A stretch of 64,000 nucleotides of DNA from a virus (IMGVR_UViG_3300036399_001571:96001-160000); one strand, 5' to 3'. Positions 9,852 to 18,718 are shown, counted from the first letter of the stretch. A program made the numbers and translations. The notes: generated by a model not told the origin, from the letters alone.

Positions 9852-10096
9852 TTGTCCACTCTCCCGTCCATAATCATTGCGTAGCGGATTAGTTCCTCAA
9901 CCAATTCCACACACTCCCAATCGTTCGCCTCTTGCCCGTCAATATCTTTCACGGCGAGAATACCGTCAAGGACAAACCCTGCATAGCCGTCCTGCATTTC
10001 GCTGGTTGGTTCCGCATTTGGGTCACTGGCGAGATTATAGAAAGGTTGTAGGTATCTGTCGTGCCACTCTTGCGCTGTTATCTTGTCTGTTTCCAT
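9848..10096 (-). CDS. Hypothetical protein, probably a leaderless transcript
   Basis: ATG of METDK lies 7 nt after the -10 TATGAT of promoter copy 10117. Confidence 0.65.
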   Translation of the reverse strand: METDKITAQEWHDRYLQPFYNLASDPNAEPTSEMQDGYAGFVLDGILAVKDIDGQEANDWECVELVEELIRYAMIMDGRVDK

Positions 10097-10291
10097 AAGT
10101 ACCATCATAGGGAACCCGATATCAGATTTACAAACCACCTCTTCCGCCACCGTCAAGATAATAAGGGTGGGTAGGTAGTCGTTTTTTTGCAGAGCGATTT
10201 ATTTATTTTTTGCGATTTTTTTTATTTTTCTGGATAGCCCCGCAGCACATTCTGGGCCGTACTGAGGCCGGGGCTCCTGGTGGAAAATAGC

Positions 10292-10513
10292 TCACTCCCT
10301 CACCAATGGAGTTGCCCATCGGTCTTCGCTGTCGTAAAAACATGTATTGCAGACGAGACTATCTATGTCGTCATCCCAGACTGGCTCACTCCCGAAGGAA
10401 CGCACGGACATCTCCATTCCGCATGAGTCGCAATTACCACCGTCACCACGAATATGCACCGCTCCATGCACTAGTGGTAGTGCGTTTATTTTTGCGATAT
10501 ATGCCTCGCTCAT
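10292..10513 (-). CDS. Small Zn-finger hypothetical protein
   Basis: CDSCG..CNTC; GGGAG SD before MSEAY. Confidence 0.6.
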   Translation of the reverse strand: MSEAYIAKINALPLVHGAVHIRGDGGNCDSCGMEMSVRSFGSEPVWDDDIDSLVCNTCFYDSEDRWATPLVRE

Positions 10514-10518
10514 GTCGT

Positions 10519-10788
10519 TCACTCCCACGCCCTATTGAGCAGTATGCCTGCGAACGGATTGGGATATCGCACTTCGTCATTGAGCCAACGCTCGCTATCG
10601 GAGTGTTGAGTCTCGCAGTCACGGAATGTCTTAGTAGCGAACGCCTTACCGTCCTTCATGAGGCGAACTAGCAACTTGCCAGTGCCGTCTTCCCATAGGT
10701 CCAGTTGGTAGGTAGCGTCAATGCCGCCGAACGGGTCAGTTTGTTCACCGAATACGGAGAGTTTGTGAGTCATTACTGCAGTGCTCAT
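10519..10788 (-). CDS. Hypothetical protein
   Basis: Start revised to MSTAVM (TAATG overlap). Confidence 0.65.
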   Translation of the reverse strand: MSTAVMTHKLSVFGEQTDPFGGIDATYQLDLWEDGTGKLLVRLMKDGKAFATKTFRDCETQHSDSERWLNDEVRYPNPFAGILLNRAWE

Positions 10789-11078
10789 TACTTGCCACCT
10801 CTTTCGGAGTAGCAAGCAACGGCTTCGGTCAGTGTGGTGCAGTAGTCACCGCTATAACGCTCCCAGCCACTAGGGCGAGCCACAACGGTCCATACGGCGA
10901 ACTTGTGGAATGGGTTGCTTGGGTTATAGCAGACGGTAATCCACGAGGCGTATGAGTCGTCAATTTCACGGTCATTCTTTTTCGTAAGTGCCAAAACAAT
11001 TATGTCATTGGCAATTACTTCACCAAGTTTTAGTTCAGCGAATGTCAGGTCCACTGAATTGTCGGTTAGTAGGTACAA
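10788..11078 (-). CDS. Hypothetical protein (TTG start)
   Basis: GAAAGG SD before TTG at 11078; the longer ORF call runs through the promoter motif. Confidence 0.6.
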   Translation of the reverse strand: MYLLTDNSVDLTFAELKLGEVIANDIIVLALTKKNDREIDDSYASWITVCYNPSNPFHKFAVWTVVARPSGWERYSGDYCTTLTEAVACYSERGGK

Positions 11079-11268
11079 GGTATTTCCTTTCGTAGTAGTT
11101 GAGATAGACACTACACGAGCCGATATCAGATTTACAAAATTGTTAGGAGCCCCGCTGGGTAGGTAGTCAGGCATCGAGGCGGGGCTTTTCACGCGCATAA
11201 GGAAGCCCTGCCCACCAGTTACGGCAGGCAGGGCTTCGGTTGTTCGTAGGGGTGAAAGGGGTAAAGCC

Positions 11269-11706
11269 CTAGAACAAGCCCATTATTGCGTCAGCGAGTG
11301 CGCCACGAGCATTACCGTCATCGGTAATCGTTTCGTCAGGTGTGTCCGAGAAGCGCATAACGCTAGCCCAACCGTCTTTGCCAGCAAACACCATTAGGCG
11401 TACACGCCTGCGCTGTGGGTGCTGTGAAGGTGCTACCTCGTTTTCAGGGTCATCGCTTTCGGTGATAGGTGAAGCCCAACCACAAGTGACGAGGGCAACA
11501 TAATCGCTCACCTTCGCTACTGCTCGGCTGTCATCGCTGTCAAGTAGGTCGTACACATCGCCGTGTTCGCCTGCCAAGACCATAGCCACGCCTTCATCGG
11601 TTTCGTTGATAGCAAAGAACAATGCCGTTTTCAGGTCAAAGCCCCCCTCTAATTGCTCGGAGATAAGCCTCTCGGCAAACTCCGCTTTATCCAGTACATC
11701 GCTCAT
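11269..11706 (-). CDS. Hypothetical protein
   Basis: Start revised to MSDVLD after GAAAGG SD; PSQHPQRRRVRL motif. Confidence 0.75.
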   Translation of the reverse strand: MSDVLDKAEFAERLISEQLEGGFDLKTALFFAINETDEGVAMVLAGEHGDVYDLLDSDDSRAVAKVSDYVALVTCGWASPITESDDPENEVAPSQHPQRRRVRLMVFAGKDGWASVMRFSDTPDETITDDGNARGALADAIMGLF

Positions 11707-12034
11707 CGGTAGTTCCTTTCGGTAGTAGTTGATTAGATAAGCACTACTCACCTTAGCCAGCCCGATATCAGATTTACAAAACACGGGTAGCCGATATGAG
11801 AGCCCCGCTGGGCTAATCTCTTTGGGTGAACGAACTAGAGCAAGCAAGAAGCCGGGGCTTATCAAAAAGAATTGCCGAGTTCGATATCGAGTTGTACAAC
11901 CTTTGGATACAGATAAGAGCCGTAGAGGAAAGTAACGCCGAGTTCACTGCCGACAATTTGCGCAAAAGTTTCAGGGTAATAACAAAAGAGGGCTAGAGAT
12001 TTCTCTCTAACCCTCTTTCGGTAGGTGGATAGGA

Positions 12035-12433
12035 CTAGACCGCTTCGGCGGTTTCGGTTACTGCGCCTTTAGCAAGGTCACGGACAACGATACGAGTGTA
12101 AGCCGATGGCTTCACACACGCAGTTTCCACTTCCTCACTGATATCGCCAGCCTTACGAGCCTTATCAAACTCCTTGACCTCAACGGCAGTCTTGGTGACT
12201 GCGCTGAAAATCTTGGCATTGACAAGTTCCGAAAGTGTTGCGACATCAAAGTTGCGACGAATTGCCTCAACAAGTTGTACGCACTTGTCGTTCACTTCCC
12301 AAGAGTTCACGCCTGCTTCGGCGTACGCTTCTGAAAGCAATTCCTTCGCAACTGCGACGGCTTTCTCGGCAGAGGCGAGAGCCTCAACGGCACTCACATA
12401 CTGACGAGCAACGGCAGAAAGTTGCTTGGACAT
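12035..12433 (-). CDS. Hypothetical protein
   Basis: Start revised to MSKQLS after GAAGGGGG SD. Confidence 0.75.
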   Translation of the reverse strand: MSKQLSAVARQYVSAVEALASAEKAVAVAKELLSEAYAEAGVNSWEVNDKCVQLVEAIRRNFDVATLSELVNAKIFSAVTKTAVEVKEFDKARKAGDISEEVETACVKPSAYTRIVVRDLAKGAVTETAEAV

Positions 12434-12631
12434 ATTTTGTTCACCCCCTTCGGTGTCTGTAGTAGGTAGTACCACTATATACCACCCGATATCAGATTTA
12501 CAAAATCGCTTGACGAAGTACAGAGCCCCGTCTTTGCCTTTGTTTGGTTGGTTTGCGGGGCTTTTGGGCGCACGAAAAAAAAGAGGGGCAGGTTTCCCCA
12601 CCCCTCTCTCCTTTTCGGTAGCCAGTTGTGA

Positions 12632-13054
12632 CTAGAGGTACTCCGACACCGACTTGAGAGTAGATGCGCTCACATACTCTTGGTCAGTCATCTTGAGGAC
12701 ACGGATTGCCTGCTTGATTTCGTCAGTCTCGCGCTCGTACCTGTGTTCAGGGTATGTATCAACCTGTGTAGGTTCGGTTGGGAGTGCTGACTTTGGCAAC
12801 TCCATAGTGACGCTGAACTCCACCGTCTTGCTCTTGGAGTTGCTGGAATACCAACGCTGACGGCTTGCGTCAGTTATCACGCCCTTGCTCTTGACGAGTT
12901 TGAGGATAGCCAAGTTGTAGGCTTCCTTTTCCTTCTCAAAACGGGCTTCCTCTTTTTCTTGATTGGCGAAACGCTGTTGGCGCTCTACCAATGCTTTCTC
13001 TAGTGATGAGATGAGAGTACCCACCTTCACCTTGACGGATATTGACTTACTCAT
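12632..13054 (-). CDS. Hypothetical protein (coiled coil)
   Basis: 140-aa ORF after promoter copy 13108. Confidence 0.8.
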   Translation of the reverse strand: MSKSISVKVKVGTLISSLEKALVERQQRFANQEKEEARFEKEKEAYNLAILKLVKSKGVITDASRQRWYSSNSKSKTVEFSVTMELPKSALPTEPTQVDTYPEHRYERETDEIKQAIRVLKMTDQEYVSASTLKSVSEYL

Positions 13055-13212
13055 TATGCCCTGCCTTTCGTAGTAGTTGATTGGGGCAGTAACGACATTA
13101 CAACACCCGATATCAGATTTACAAAGTGCTTTCCGCCACCGTCATCTAAACACCGATACTTGACAAGCCCTCTCACACCTGCTAGCGCACCAACTTTTTT
13201 CGGCTGGTTGGG

Positions 13213-13226
13213 CGAACATATGTTCG
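13213..13226. promoter_or_regulatory. LexA-type SOS box CGAAC-ATAT-GTTCG
   Basis: Perfect palindrome in an intergenic spacer. Confidence 0.65.
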
Positions 13227-13316
13227 GTGAGCCCCGGTGGGTCAGCCCGCACGGCGGGGCTTATTCATAAAAAATGGCAGAGAGCTCGAAGCCCCCTGCC
13301 TAATTTTTATCGAGTG

Positions 13317-13721
13317 TCAGTCTCTCCACTCCGTGACCACTGGCGTCAAGTCCATGCTCTCTCTGCTGTTGTTTATCATGGTGCCCAACTCCAAGTCATG
13401 TGAAGCCTCTAGAGCCATGTTGGCAAAGTGTTCTGTCATGAAGTCGCTCGGAACGTCAGTGTCATAGCCTTCATCGTCAGCGATACCGACCAGCACAGCG
13501 TCACCAGCGAGAACCCTGCGGAACAACAAAGACGTGATGTTGTTTGTCGGCAGGTCAATGAGCAAGCCTTCGTCATGTACGTAGGCAGTAACGCCCATTT
13601 CCCAATCGTTCACACAGTCAAACCAGCCACCAACTAATTCGTGAATGACGGTATGCGCACCGTCACGTGGAATGTCAATAGCGGTTACTTCACCGCTTGT
13701 TTTCACGAGTACTGCTTTCAT
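13317..13721 (-). CDS. DUF3846-like protein
   Basis: VIHELVGGWFDCV..YVHDEGLL..LPTN..LAGDAVLVG pattern. Confidence 0.75.
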   Translation of the reverse strand: MKAVLVKTSGEVTAIDIPRDGAHTVIHELVGGWFDCVNDWEMGVTAYVHDEGLLIDLPTNNITSLLFRRVLAGDAVLVGIADDEGYDTDVPSDFMTEHFANMALEASHDLELGTMINNSRESMDLTPVVTEWRD

Positions 13722-13790
13722 TTTTTCCCTCTTTCGTAGTAGTTGATTAGAGATTACAGGAATAGATATCAGATTTACAAAACAATTTGA

Positions 13791-13955
13791 TTAGTGAACT
13801 AAATTACTTTCGGGAACGATTGCGAGTGGGTCAAACTTTCCTGAACCACTTACACGAACCAAGTAACGCAGGTGATTGTCGTAACCAACAACCACTCCAC
13901 TGATGATGTTCCCGTGATTGTCACGGTACGCCACCTGCGAACCCTCGTCTTTCAT
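13791..13955 (-). CDS. Small hypothetical protein (SH3-like beta fold possible)
   Basis: Start revised to MKDEGS after GAAAGGGG SD. Confidence 0.6.
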   Translation of the reverse strand: MKDEGSQVAYRDNHGNIISGVVVGYDNHLRYLVRVSGSGKFDPLAIVPESNLVH

Positions 13956-14137
13956 AAGCACCCCTTTCGTTGAGTAGTAGTACCTTACAGGAACCGATAT
14001 CAGATTTACAAAAATACATAGCCCCGCTAGCTTTGCGACAGGTTGTACAGCGGGGCTTTCATAGCGGCAAATAGATTGCGCTGCGCACCCATTACTAGAA
14101 GTGGGTTCTGTTGCCAAGCCCCACTCGGCTCCGTTTG

Positions 14138-14374
14138 TTAGACAGTGATGGTTCCACCTTCCCAAATGCCTCGGGTGCGGTGTCCTACCAGTGGATACTC
14201 ATAGTTGAGGTATCCAAGTGGGTAGTCCGCAGCGAAGCGATTTGTTGCGATGACGGTCGCCATGTCAATGCCACAGCGCTCCAAGTCACGCACAAAGGAC
14301 AGAATCAGGTGTGTGTAAACCACACGCTGACGAATCATCTGTCCATCGTGGAACTGAAGAATGCTCTTTTTCAT
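14138..14374 (-). CDS. Hypothetical protein
   Basis: GAAAGGGGG SD before MKKSIL; follows promoter copy 14440. Confidence 0.65.
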   Translation of the reverse strand: MKKSILQFHDGQMIRQRVVYTHLILSFVRDLERCGIDMATVIATNRFAADYPLGYLNYEYPLVGHRTRGIWEGGTITV

Positions 14375-14491
14375 ATTCACCCCCTTTCAAAGAAGTGTGG
14401 TTCGAGCGGTTCTCGAACGCAGTAGCACCTTAGTAAACCCGATATCAGATTTACAAAACAGCAAGGGCGCAAATAAGCCCCGGCACAACTC

Positions 14492-14662
14492 CTACCGCAT
14501 GCTCCCTGAATACATTCTGTCCTGAAGGTCTGCGAAGTGATAATCGCACAATGAAACGGTAATAACGCCACTCTCATACTGGCGCACAGTGCCACCGCAC
14601 ATATCTGCGCTATCGGCATTGGTGTCGTATTCTCGGCATTGTTGGTGTGTTTGGTTATTCAT
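14492..14662 (-). CDS. Small hypothetical protein (56 aa)
   Basis: Manual ORF MNNQTHQQCREY...SGSMR directly after promoter copy 14685. Confidence 0.55.
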   Translation of the reverse strand: MNNQTHQQCREYDTNADSADMCGGTVRQYESGVITVSLCDYHFADLQDRMYSGSMR

Positions 14663-14820
14663 AGTGATATGACCTTATCAAACTAGATATCAGATTTCCA
14701 AATTGAACAATAAGCCCCGGCATTAGGAGAAAGCAATACCTCTAATGAGGCGGGGCTCCTGGCCAAATAAGTGACGCAGGTTTCCCCACGCCACCTAATC
14801 GGTTGAACTTGCTTCGCTGA

Positions 14821-15123
14821 TTATTCCTCGTAGCGAAGGTCGTAATCCTCAATGTCGTCACACCATGCGCCAAGGTGGTGAGATTCAATGATTGCCCATG
14901 CAGGCGCACTCGTCTTACCCTTCCACGACACACCTTCAGGCAATTCAATGAGTTCATCCCCACTGAAGTCTGCGTTGTAACTGTCAATTGCTTGAATGCA
15001 CACTGGCACCATTGACAATGGCACTGGCGGGTAGTGATTACTCCGCAGGTGGATTGCTAGGGCTGTATCCAGTGATAGGCCCATGTCGTTGTCGGCTAGT
15101 TCGCTTGCTAACTGATTACCCAT
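14821..15123 (-). CDS. Hypothetical protein
   Basis: 100-aa ORF with GAAGGGGG SD; HLRSNHYPPVP..HHLGAW motifs. Confidence 0.8.
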   Translation of the reverse strand: MGNQLASELADNDMGLSLDTALAIHLRSNHYPPVPLSMVPVCIQAIDSYNADFSGDELIELPEGVSWKGKTSAPAWAIIESHHLGAWCDDIEDYDLRYEE

Positions 15124-15155
15124 TATTTGCCCCCTTCAGGACTAGTAGTAGTGAA

Positions 15156-15228
15156 GTTGGTGGGAGCCTGTCGGGGGACATTTCCATCCCCCGATTAGCG
15201 TTATAGGACACTCTTCAGTCCCACCAAC
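15156..15228 (-). ncRNA. Structured 5' leader RNA (three-way-junction candidate, hammerhead-like core motifs)
   Basis: 10-bp closing stem GTTGGTGGGA/TCCCACCAAC, CTGAAGA, GAAA, and an internal 8-bp hairpin; starts at the predicted TSS of promoter copy 15249. Confidence 0.45.
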
Positions 15229-15412
15229 AGTAAACACTTTACGGTATGCGATATCAAATTTACAATTCACGACTGGCCACCCCTGCGCCTTCAGGAGCGT
15301 GGTTTGAGCCCCGCATACCAACTGTCTTGGGTGTTGGAGTGGCGGGGCTATAAAGCCAAAAAAGTCGAGCAACCTACTGGCTGCCCGACTTCTCGGAGGG
15401 TTTTACTGGCGC

Positions 15413-15652
15413 TTACTGGCGCTGGAGTTTGTACAACTCGTAAATCCAGCCAGTGCCACCGCCGTAGTGATACTTCTCACCAACAGTGTTCTTCATTTCG
15501 TACAGCGCGTCATCCAACATGTAGATGGCTCCCTCTCCTTCTTCGCTCTCGAGATTCCTGAGCATTTCAGTCATCTCATCGAGCAAGGTCCTAAGTTCTT
15601 GGGCGATTTCCCCAACACTCTTTACCTTTTCTTCTTCCAGTATTTCGTCTAT
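15413..15652 (-). CDS. Hypothetical protein with an ATA at the start position (non-canonical start or recent pseudogene)
   Basis: 79-codon open frame IDEILEEEK...YHYGGGTGWIYELYKLQRQ; SD context is homologous to that of 16009-16257. Confidence 0.55.
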   Translation of the reverse strand: MDEILEEEKVKSVGEIAQELRTLLDEMTEMLRNLESEEGEGAIYMLDDALYEMKNTVGEKYHYGGGTGWIYELYKLQRQ

Positions 15653-15670
15653 GTCTTTCCCCTTTGTTCG

Positions 15671-15690
15671 AATGTTCCACGTGGAACATT
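15671..15690. promoter_or_regulatory. parS-like perfect palindrome AATGTTCCACGTGGAACATT
   Basis: 16-bp core TGTTCCACGTGGAACA versus chromosomal parS TGTTTCACGTGAAACA. Confidence 0.7.
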
Positions 15691-15760
15691 TCCTTACAAG
15701 ACCAACTCTAGTACACCTGATATCAGATTTACAACTTCACTTTTTAGCCCCGTCTTGGGG

Positions 15761-15774
15761 CGAACATATGTTTG
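15761..15774. promoter_or_regulatory. LexA-type SOS box CGAAC-ATAT-GTTTG (1 mismatch)
   Basis: Lies inside an AGCCCCG/CGGGGCT pair upstream of promoter copy 15718. Confidence 0.55.
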
Positions 15775-16008
15775 CAGCCGTAGGCGGGGCTATAAAACTA
15801 AAATGTCGGGCAACCGATTTGGCTACCCGACACTTTCAGTCGATTTGGATTTTGTCAAACACTTCGGCTCGAGCATTGAGCATCGCCCAATGAAAAGCGT
15901 CCATGAAAATCTGCTGCTTCTCTGCCGACCTGAACTCTCGCTCGGCGTGGGCTCGAGCCTCGGCGGTCTTAACCGCCAAGAGCCCGACCCACCACTCGAC
16001 CTTCTCGT

Positions 16009-16257
16009 TCACCAGTTAGCCGAGTTAAACGGCTCTTTGTTTGGTTCTTTGAGCGCTCGCTCCCAGCCGTCGGCACTGCCGTACCAGTAACTTCCCTTGT
16101 AATCACTGACGATGTAGCCGAGTTTCCCTAGCACTGCTTCCTCGATTGTCTCGTCCTCGGGTTGGCTGTCGAGTATCTCGAGTAGTTCGAGTACCGCTTC
16201 CCTGATTTCATCAAGAGCCTTCGCTCCTGCTTTCCGCACCTCTACTTGACCTTCCAT
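16009..16257 (-). CDS. Hypothetical protein
   Basis: 82-aa ORF with AAAAGGGG SD. Confidence 0.75.
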   Translation of the reverse strand: MEGQVEVRKAGAKALDEIREAVLELLEILDSQPEDETIEEAVLGKLGYIVSDYKGSYWYGSADGWERALKEPNKEPFNSANW

Positions 16258-16275
16258 TACTTTCCCCTTTTCTCG

Positions 16276-16297
16276 GAATGTTCCACGTGGAACATTC
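16276..16297. promoter_or_regulatory. parS-like perfect palindrome GAATGTTCCACGTGGAACATTC
   Basis: Second copy of the 16-bp core (16279-16294), between promoter and SD. Confidence 0.7.
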
Positions 16298-16549
16298 GGT
16301 TTTTCTTACAAGACCAACTCTAGTACACCCGAAAGAGAATTGCAACTTTTATTTATAGCCCCGCAGAAGTTTTTTTCATTTAACATACAGATGACATACA
16401 GGTAACATACAAATTTTCGTCAGCAGAAGGGCAGGCGGGGCTGTTTTGAGAAAAAAATAAGCCACACCAAAACTCAACGCAGGTTGAAAGGGGTAAAACG
16501 CGGAGTAATGGTGTGGCTATTTATTAGTAGGTATTGCTACCCACTAAAC

Positions 16550-16804
16550 CTAGTTTGACATTTCGTGAGTTTGCTCGTCAAACCTTCCAACTAAGTGAGG
16601 CTGTAATACCTCGTTGTATCCGTCTGCAATACTGCAAGCCTGCGAGTGAGAAACACAGGGCATTGAGTATTGTAGGAAGTCGCTACTGTCTCCAGTAGGT
16701 GACTGAATATGAAGCATTACTGCCCAAGTAGTAGAAACCCCATAAACCTGCATTGGGTCGTGGACTACTTGTGCGCTAACGATAGAACCTTTACCTGATT
16801 TCAT
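16550..16804 (-). CDS. Hypothetical protein
   Basis: Start revised to MKSGKG (TAATG overlap). Confidence 0.6.
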   Translation of the reverse strand: MKSGKGSIVSAQVVHDPMQVYGVSTTWAVMLHIQSPTGDSSDFLQYSMPCVSHSQACSIADGYNEVLQPHLVGRFDEQTHEMSN

Positions 16805-17052
16805 TACTTGCCTACCTTTCCAGTAGTGAGTGTTTGCTCTAGGACTAGCCACGAGTGACCAGAACTTGTGTTTGCGTGGATTTGGAAACTGTAAGTGTTG
16901 TAGTCGCCTACACTCTCCCAGTATTCCGAAGCCTCGTCAGTTGCCAACCAAGCCTCACACTCTTTACGAGTGTCTGCCTCAAAGGCTGGCGTGTCGCTAT
17001 CTGGGAGACAGCCTGCGCTTGCCCACCAAACCTGATAAACGGTATGTTTCAT
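16804..17052 (-). CDS. Hypothetical protein
   Basis: 82-aa ORF; AGCLPDSD motif; GAAAGGGG SD. Confidence 0.75.
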   Translation of the reverse strand: MKHTVYQVWWASAGCLPDSDTPAFEADTRKECEAWLATDEASEYWESVGDYNTYSFQIHANTSSGHSWLVLEQTLTTGKVGK

Positions 17053-17384
17053 AATTTCCCCTTTCCGAGAAACTTACGGGGATACTTTCCCCGTTGAGAT
17101 AACAGTACAGGACTAGATATCAGATTTACAAAATTACTTATTGCGCTTTATTACTGCGTAGATATAGGTAAAGATAACGCCACTAAGAAACCCAATAATT
17201 AGCCCTTGTGTGTACATAACTGCTTGCACGATTTTTTCTTTCCGTTGTAGGTGATACTAAATTACAGGCTTGTAGTGATTATGTCAAGGATTTCGATATA
17301 GCCCCGCATATCGGGCTGAGCCCGTCTAATAGCCGGGGCTCCGGGAAAAATTTCAGCCGGGTGAACAGGCTGAAACTGGTGGGC

Positions 17385-17639
17385 TCACCAAGTCGAAAGG
17401 TCGACGCCCCCGTGTGGGAAGTTCTCGGCGAAGCCTGTCGTCCAAATCGAGTTGCCTGTTGGGCACCTGTAAGTGTCGTGCTCCCCGAGCTTGTCCAGTA
17501 TGTCCACGATGACTTCGTCACCAGCGACTGTCACCAGTATCACATGGCCCTCGTAGACCTTGTATGAGCTGTCGCCAGCGTTGATGTATGTACCAATGCG
17601 CAGCTTCTCTGCGTCTACGAGCTGTGGCGTGTAGTTCAT
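17385..17639 (-). CDS. Hypothetical protein
   Basis: Start revised to MNYTPQ (ATGA overlap). Confidence 0.6.
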   Translation of the reverse strand: MNYTPQLVDAEKLRIGTYINAGDSSYKVYEGHVILVTVAGDEVIVDILDKLGEHDTYRCPTGNSIWTTGFAENFPHGGVDLSTW

Positions 17640-17761
17640 TCCCAATCCAACCCGTCTGTGAAGGCCTCGTTCTCTGCGTACCACGCAAGGTCGTCCTCTT
17701 GTACGAGGTGCCCGTCCAGTGTGTACTCCCCGTCATCCCACGGGTTGAATTCTGCTTTCAT
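17636..17761 (-). CDS. Small acidic protein (41 aa)
   Basis: Manual ORF MKAEFNPWDDGEY...GLDWE with GAAAGGGG SD after promoter copy 17814. Confidence 0.6.
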   Translation of the reverse strand: MKAEFNPWDDGEYTLDGHLVQEDDLAWYAENEAFTDGLDWE

Positions 17762-17854
17762 TTTGTGCCCCTTTCAGTTGGCCTTGCTTCCGTGCTCCAA
17801 ACATTACAACACGCGATATCAGATTTACAAAACGGGCGAACAGGCCAGCCCGGG

Positions 17855-17868
17855 CGAACATGTGTTCG
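17855..17868. promoter_or_regulatory. LexA-type SOS box CGAAC-ATGT-GTTCG
   Basis: Perfect half-sites about 25 bp upstream of the -35 of promoter copy 17814. Confidence 0.65.
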
Positions 17869-17969
17869 TGCGCGACCCGGAGTCCCGGCTATCAGGCGCG
17901 AGCGCCGGGGCTCATGGAAAATTTTGGGGGTGTAACAAGGTTTTTATTCCCTGTCACACCCCCTCGGGT

Positions 17970-18287
17970 TTAGAACTCGTAGGAGTAGTAGTACCTGCGA
18001 CCGCTCAGGTGAAGCACAGCCCAACTATCCAACGAATCACCAATCTGAACCCACCTTCCGTTTTTGCGGAGTGTAAAGCAAGCGGTTGGGTTGTTTGGGT
18101 TTGGTGTAATTTCCCAGTCGTTGCTGTAAGGCTTCGCACCTTCGGCTGGCTTGACATCGTCTTGCTGAACGATAATCTTCTTGCCGTTTTCACTGACGAA
18201 AACAATCGTTACTGAGTGAGTGTCCACTCCGTTGCTTACGTGTGCGCCGTTTCCGACTACTGGCTTTATTCTTTCCTTGGTTTCCAT
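17970..18287 (-). CDS. Hypothetical protein
   Basis: 105-aa ORF after promoter copy 18336; FTLRKNGRW..GRRYYYSYEF. Confidence 0.8.
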   Translation of the reverse strand: METKERIKPVVGNGAHVSNGVDTHSVTIVFVSENGKKIIVQQDDVKPAEGAKPYSNDWEITPNPNNPTACFTLRKNGRWVQIGDSLDSWAVLHLSGRRYYYSYEF

Positions 18288-18454
18288 TGTGTCCCCTTTC
18301 GTGGAACTCGTTTACAAAATAAACTTTACAGTACGCGATATCAGATTTACAAAAATTGGAATTTTTTACATAGCCCCGCTGCCGGATTTTTTATTACTAT
18401 GCCGGGGCTAGCTAAGAAAAAAGAGCAGGCGCTTTCGCACCCACTCTCTCTCCG

Positions 18455-18646
18455 TTATCGGGTTGCGGACTGCACTCGGTCAGCGAGGTTCTTGATGGCG
18501 ATTTGCAGACTAATCGTTACCATGTAGAGGTAATGATTTTCAATTTTGTCCTTTTTGTAAATCTCTAGGATTTCTTCCCGTGTCTTGATGAGTGACAGGA
18601 TTTCGTCTGCGCATTCTGTAAGACTGAGTGTGTTGTCTGTTTCCAT
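18455..18646 (-). CDS. Hypothetical protein
   Basis: 63-aa ORF after promoter copy 18699. Confidence 0.7.
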   Translation of the reverse strand: METDNTLSLTECADEILSLIKTREEILEIYKKDKIENHYLYMVTISLQIAIKNLADRVQSATR

Positions 18647-18718
18647 TTCGTGCCCCTTTCGTAAGGCTTGTTGTTGTTACTGATTACATTACAGCAAGCG
18701 ATATCAGATTTACAAAAG

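Larger units (their letters stand above)
3775..13144. repeat. Secondary repeat CTCTTCC(G/A)CCACCGTCA(A/T)GATAA abutting the promoter -35
   Basis: Copies at 3775-3797, 7085-7107, 10139-10161 and a partial copy at 13131-13144. Confidence 0.8.

Noticed and set aside
9848-12601. Long N-terminal extensions in ORF-track calls (10156, 11198, 11865, 12601; also 14165 and 30094)
   Set aside because: They read through the promoter motif (recurrent FCKSDIG/ISDLQ peptides are the translated motif); SD-supported starts lie downstream
15467-16090. 207-aa + strand ORF
   Set aside because: Runs antisense across a real cassette, a promoter motif and spacer elements; it has no SD and no recognisable motif
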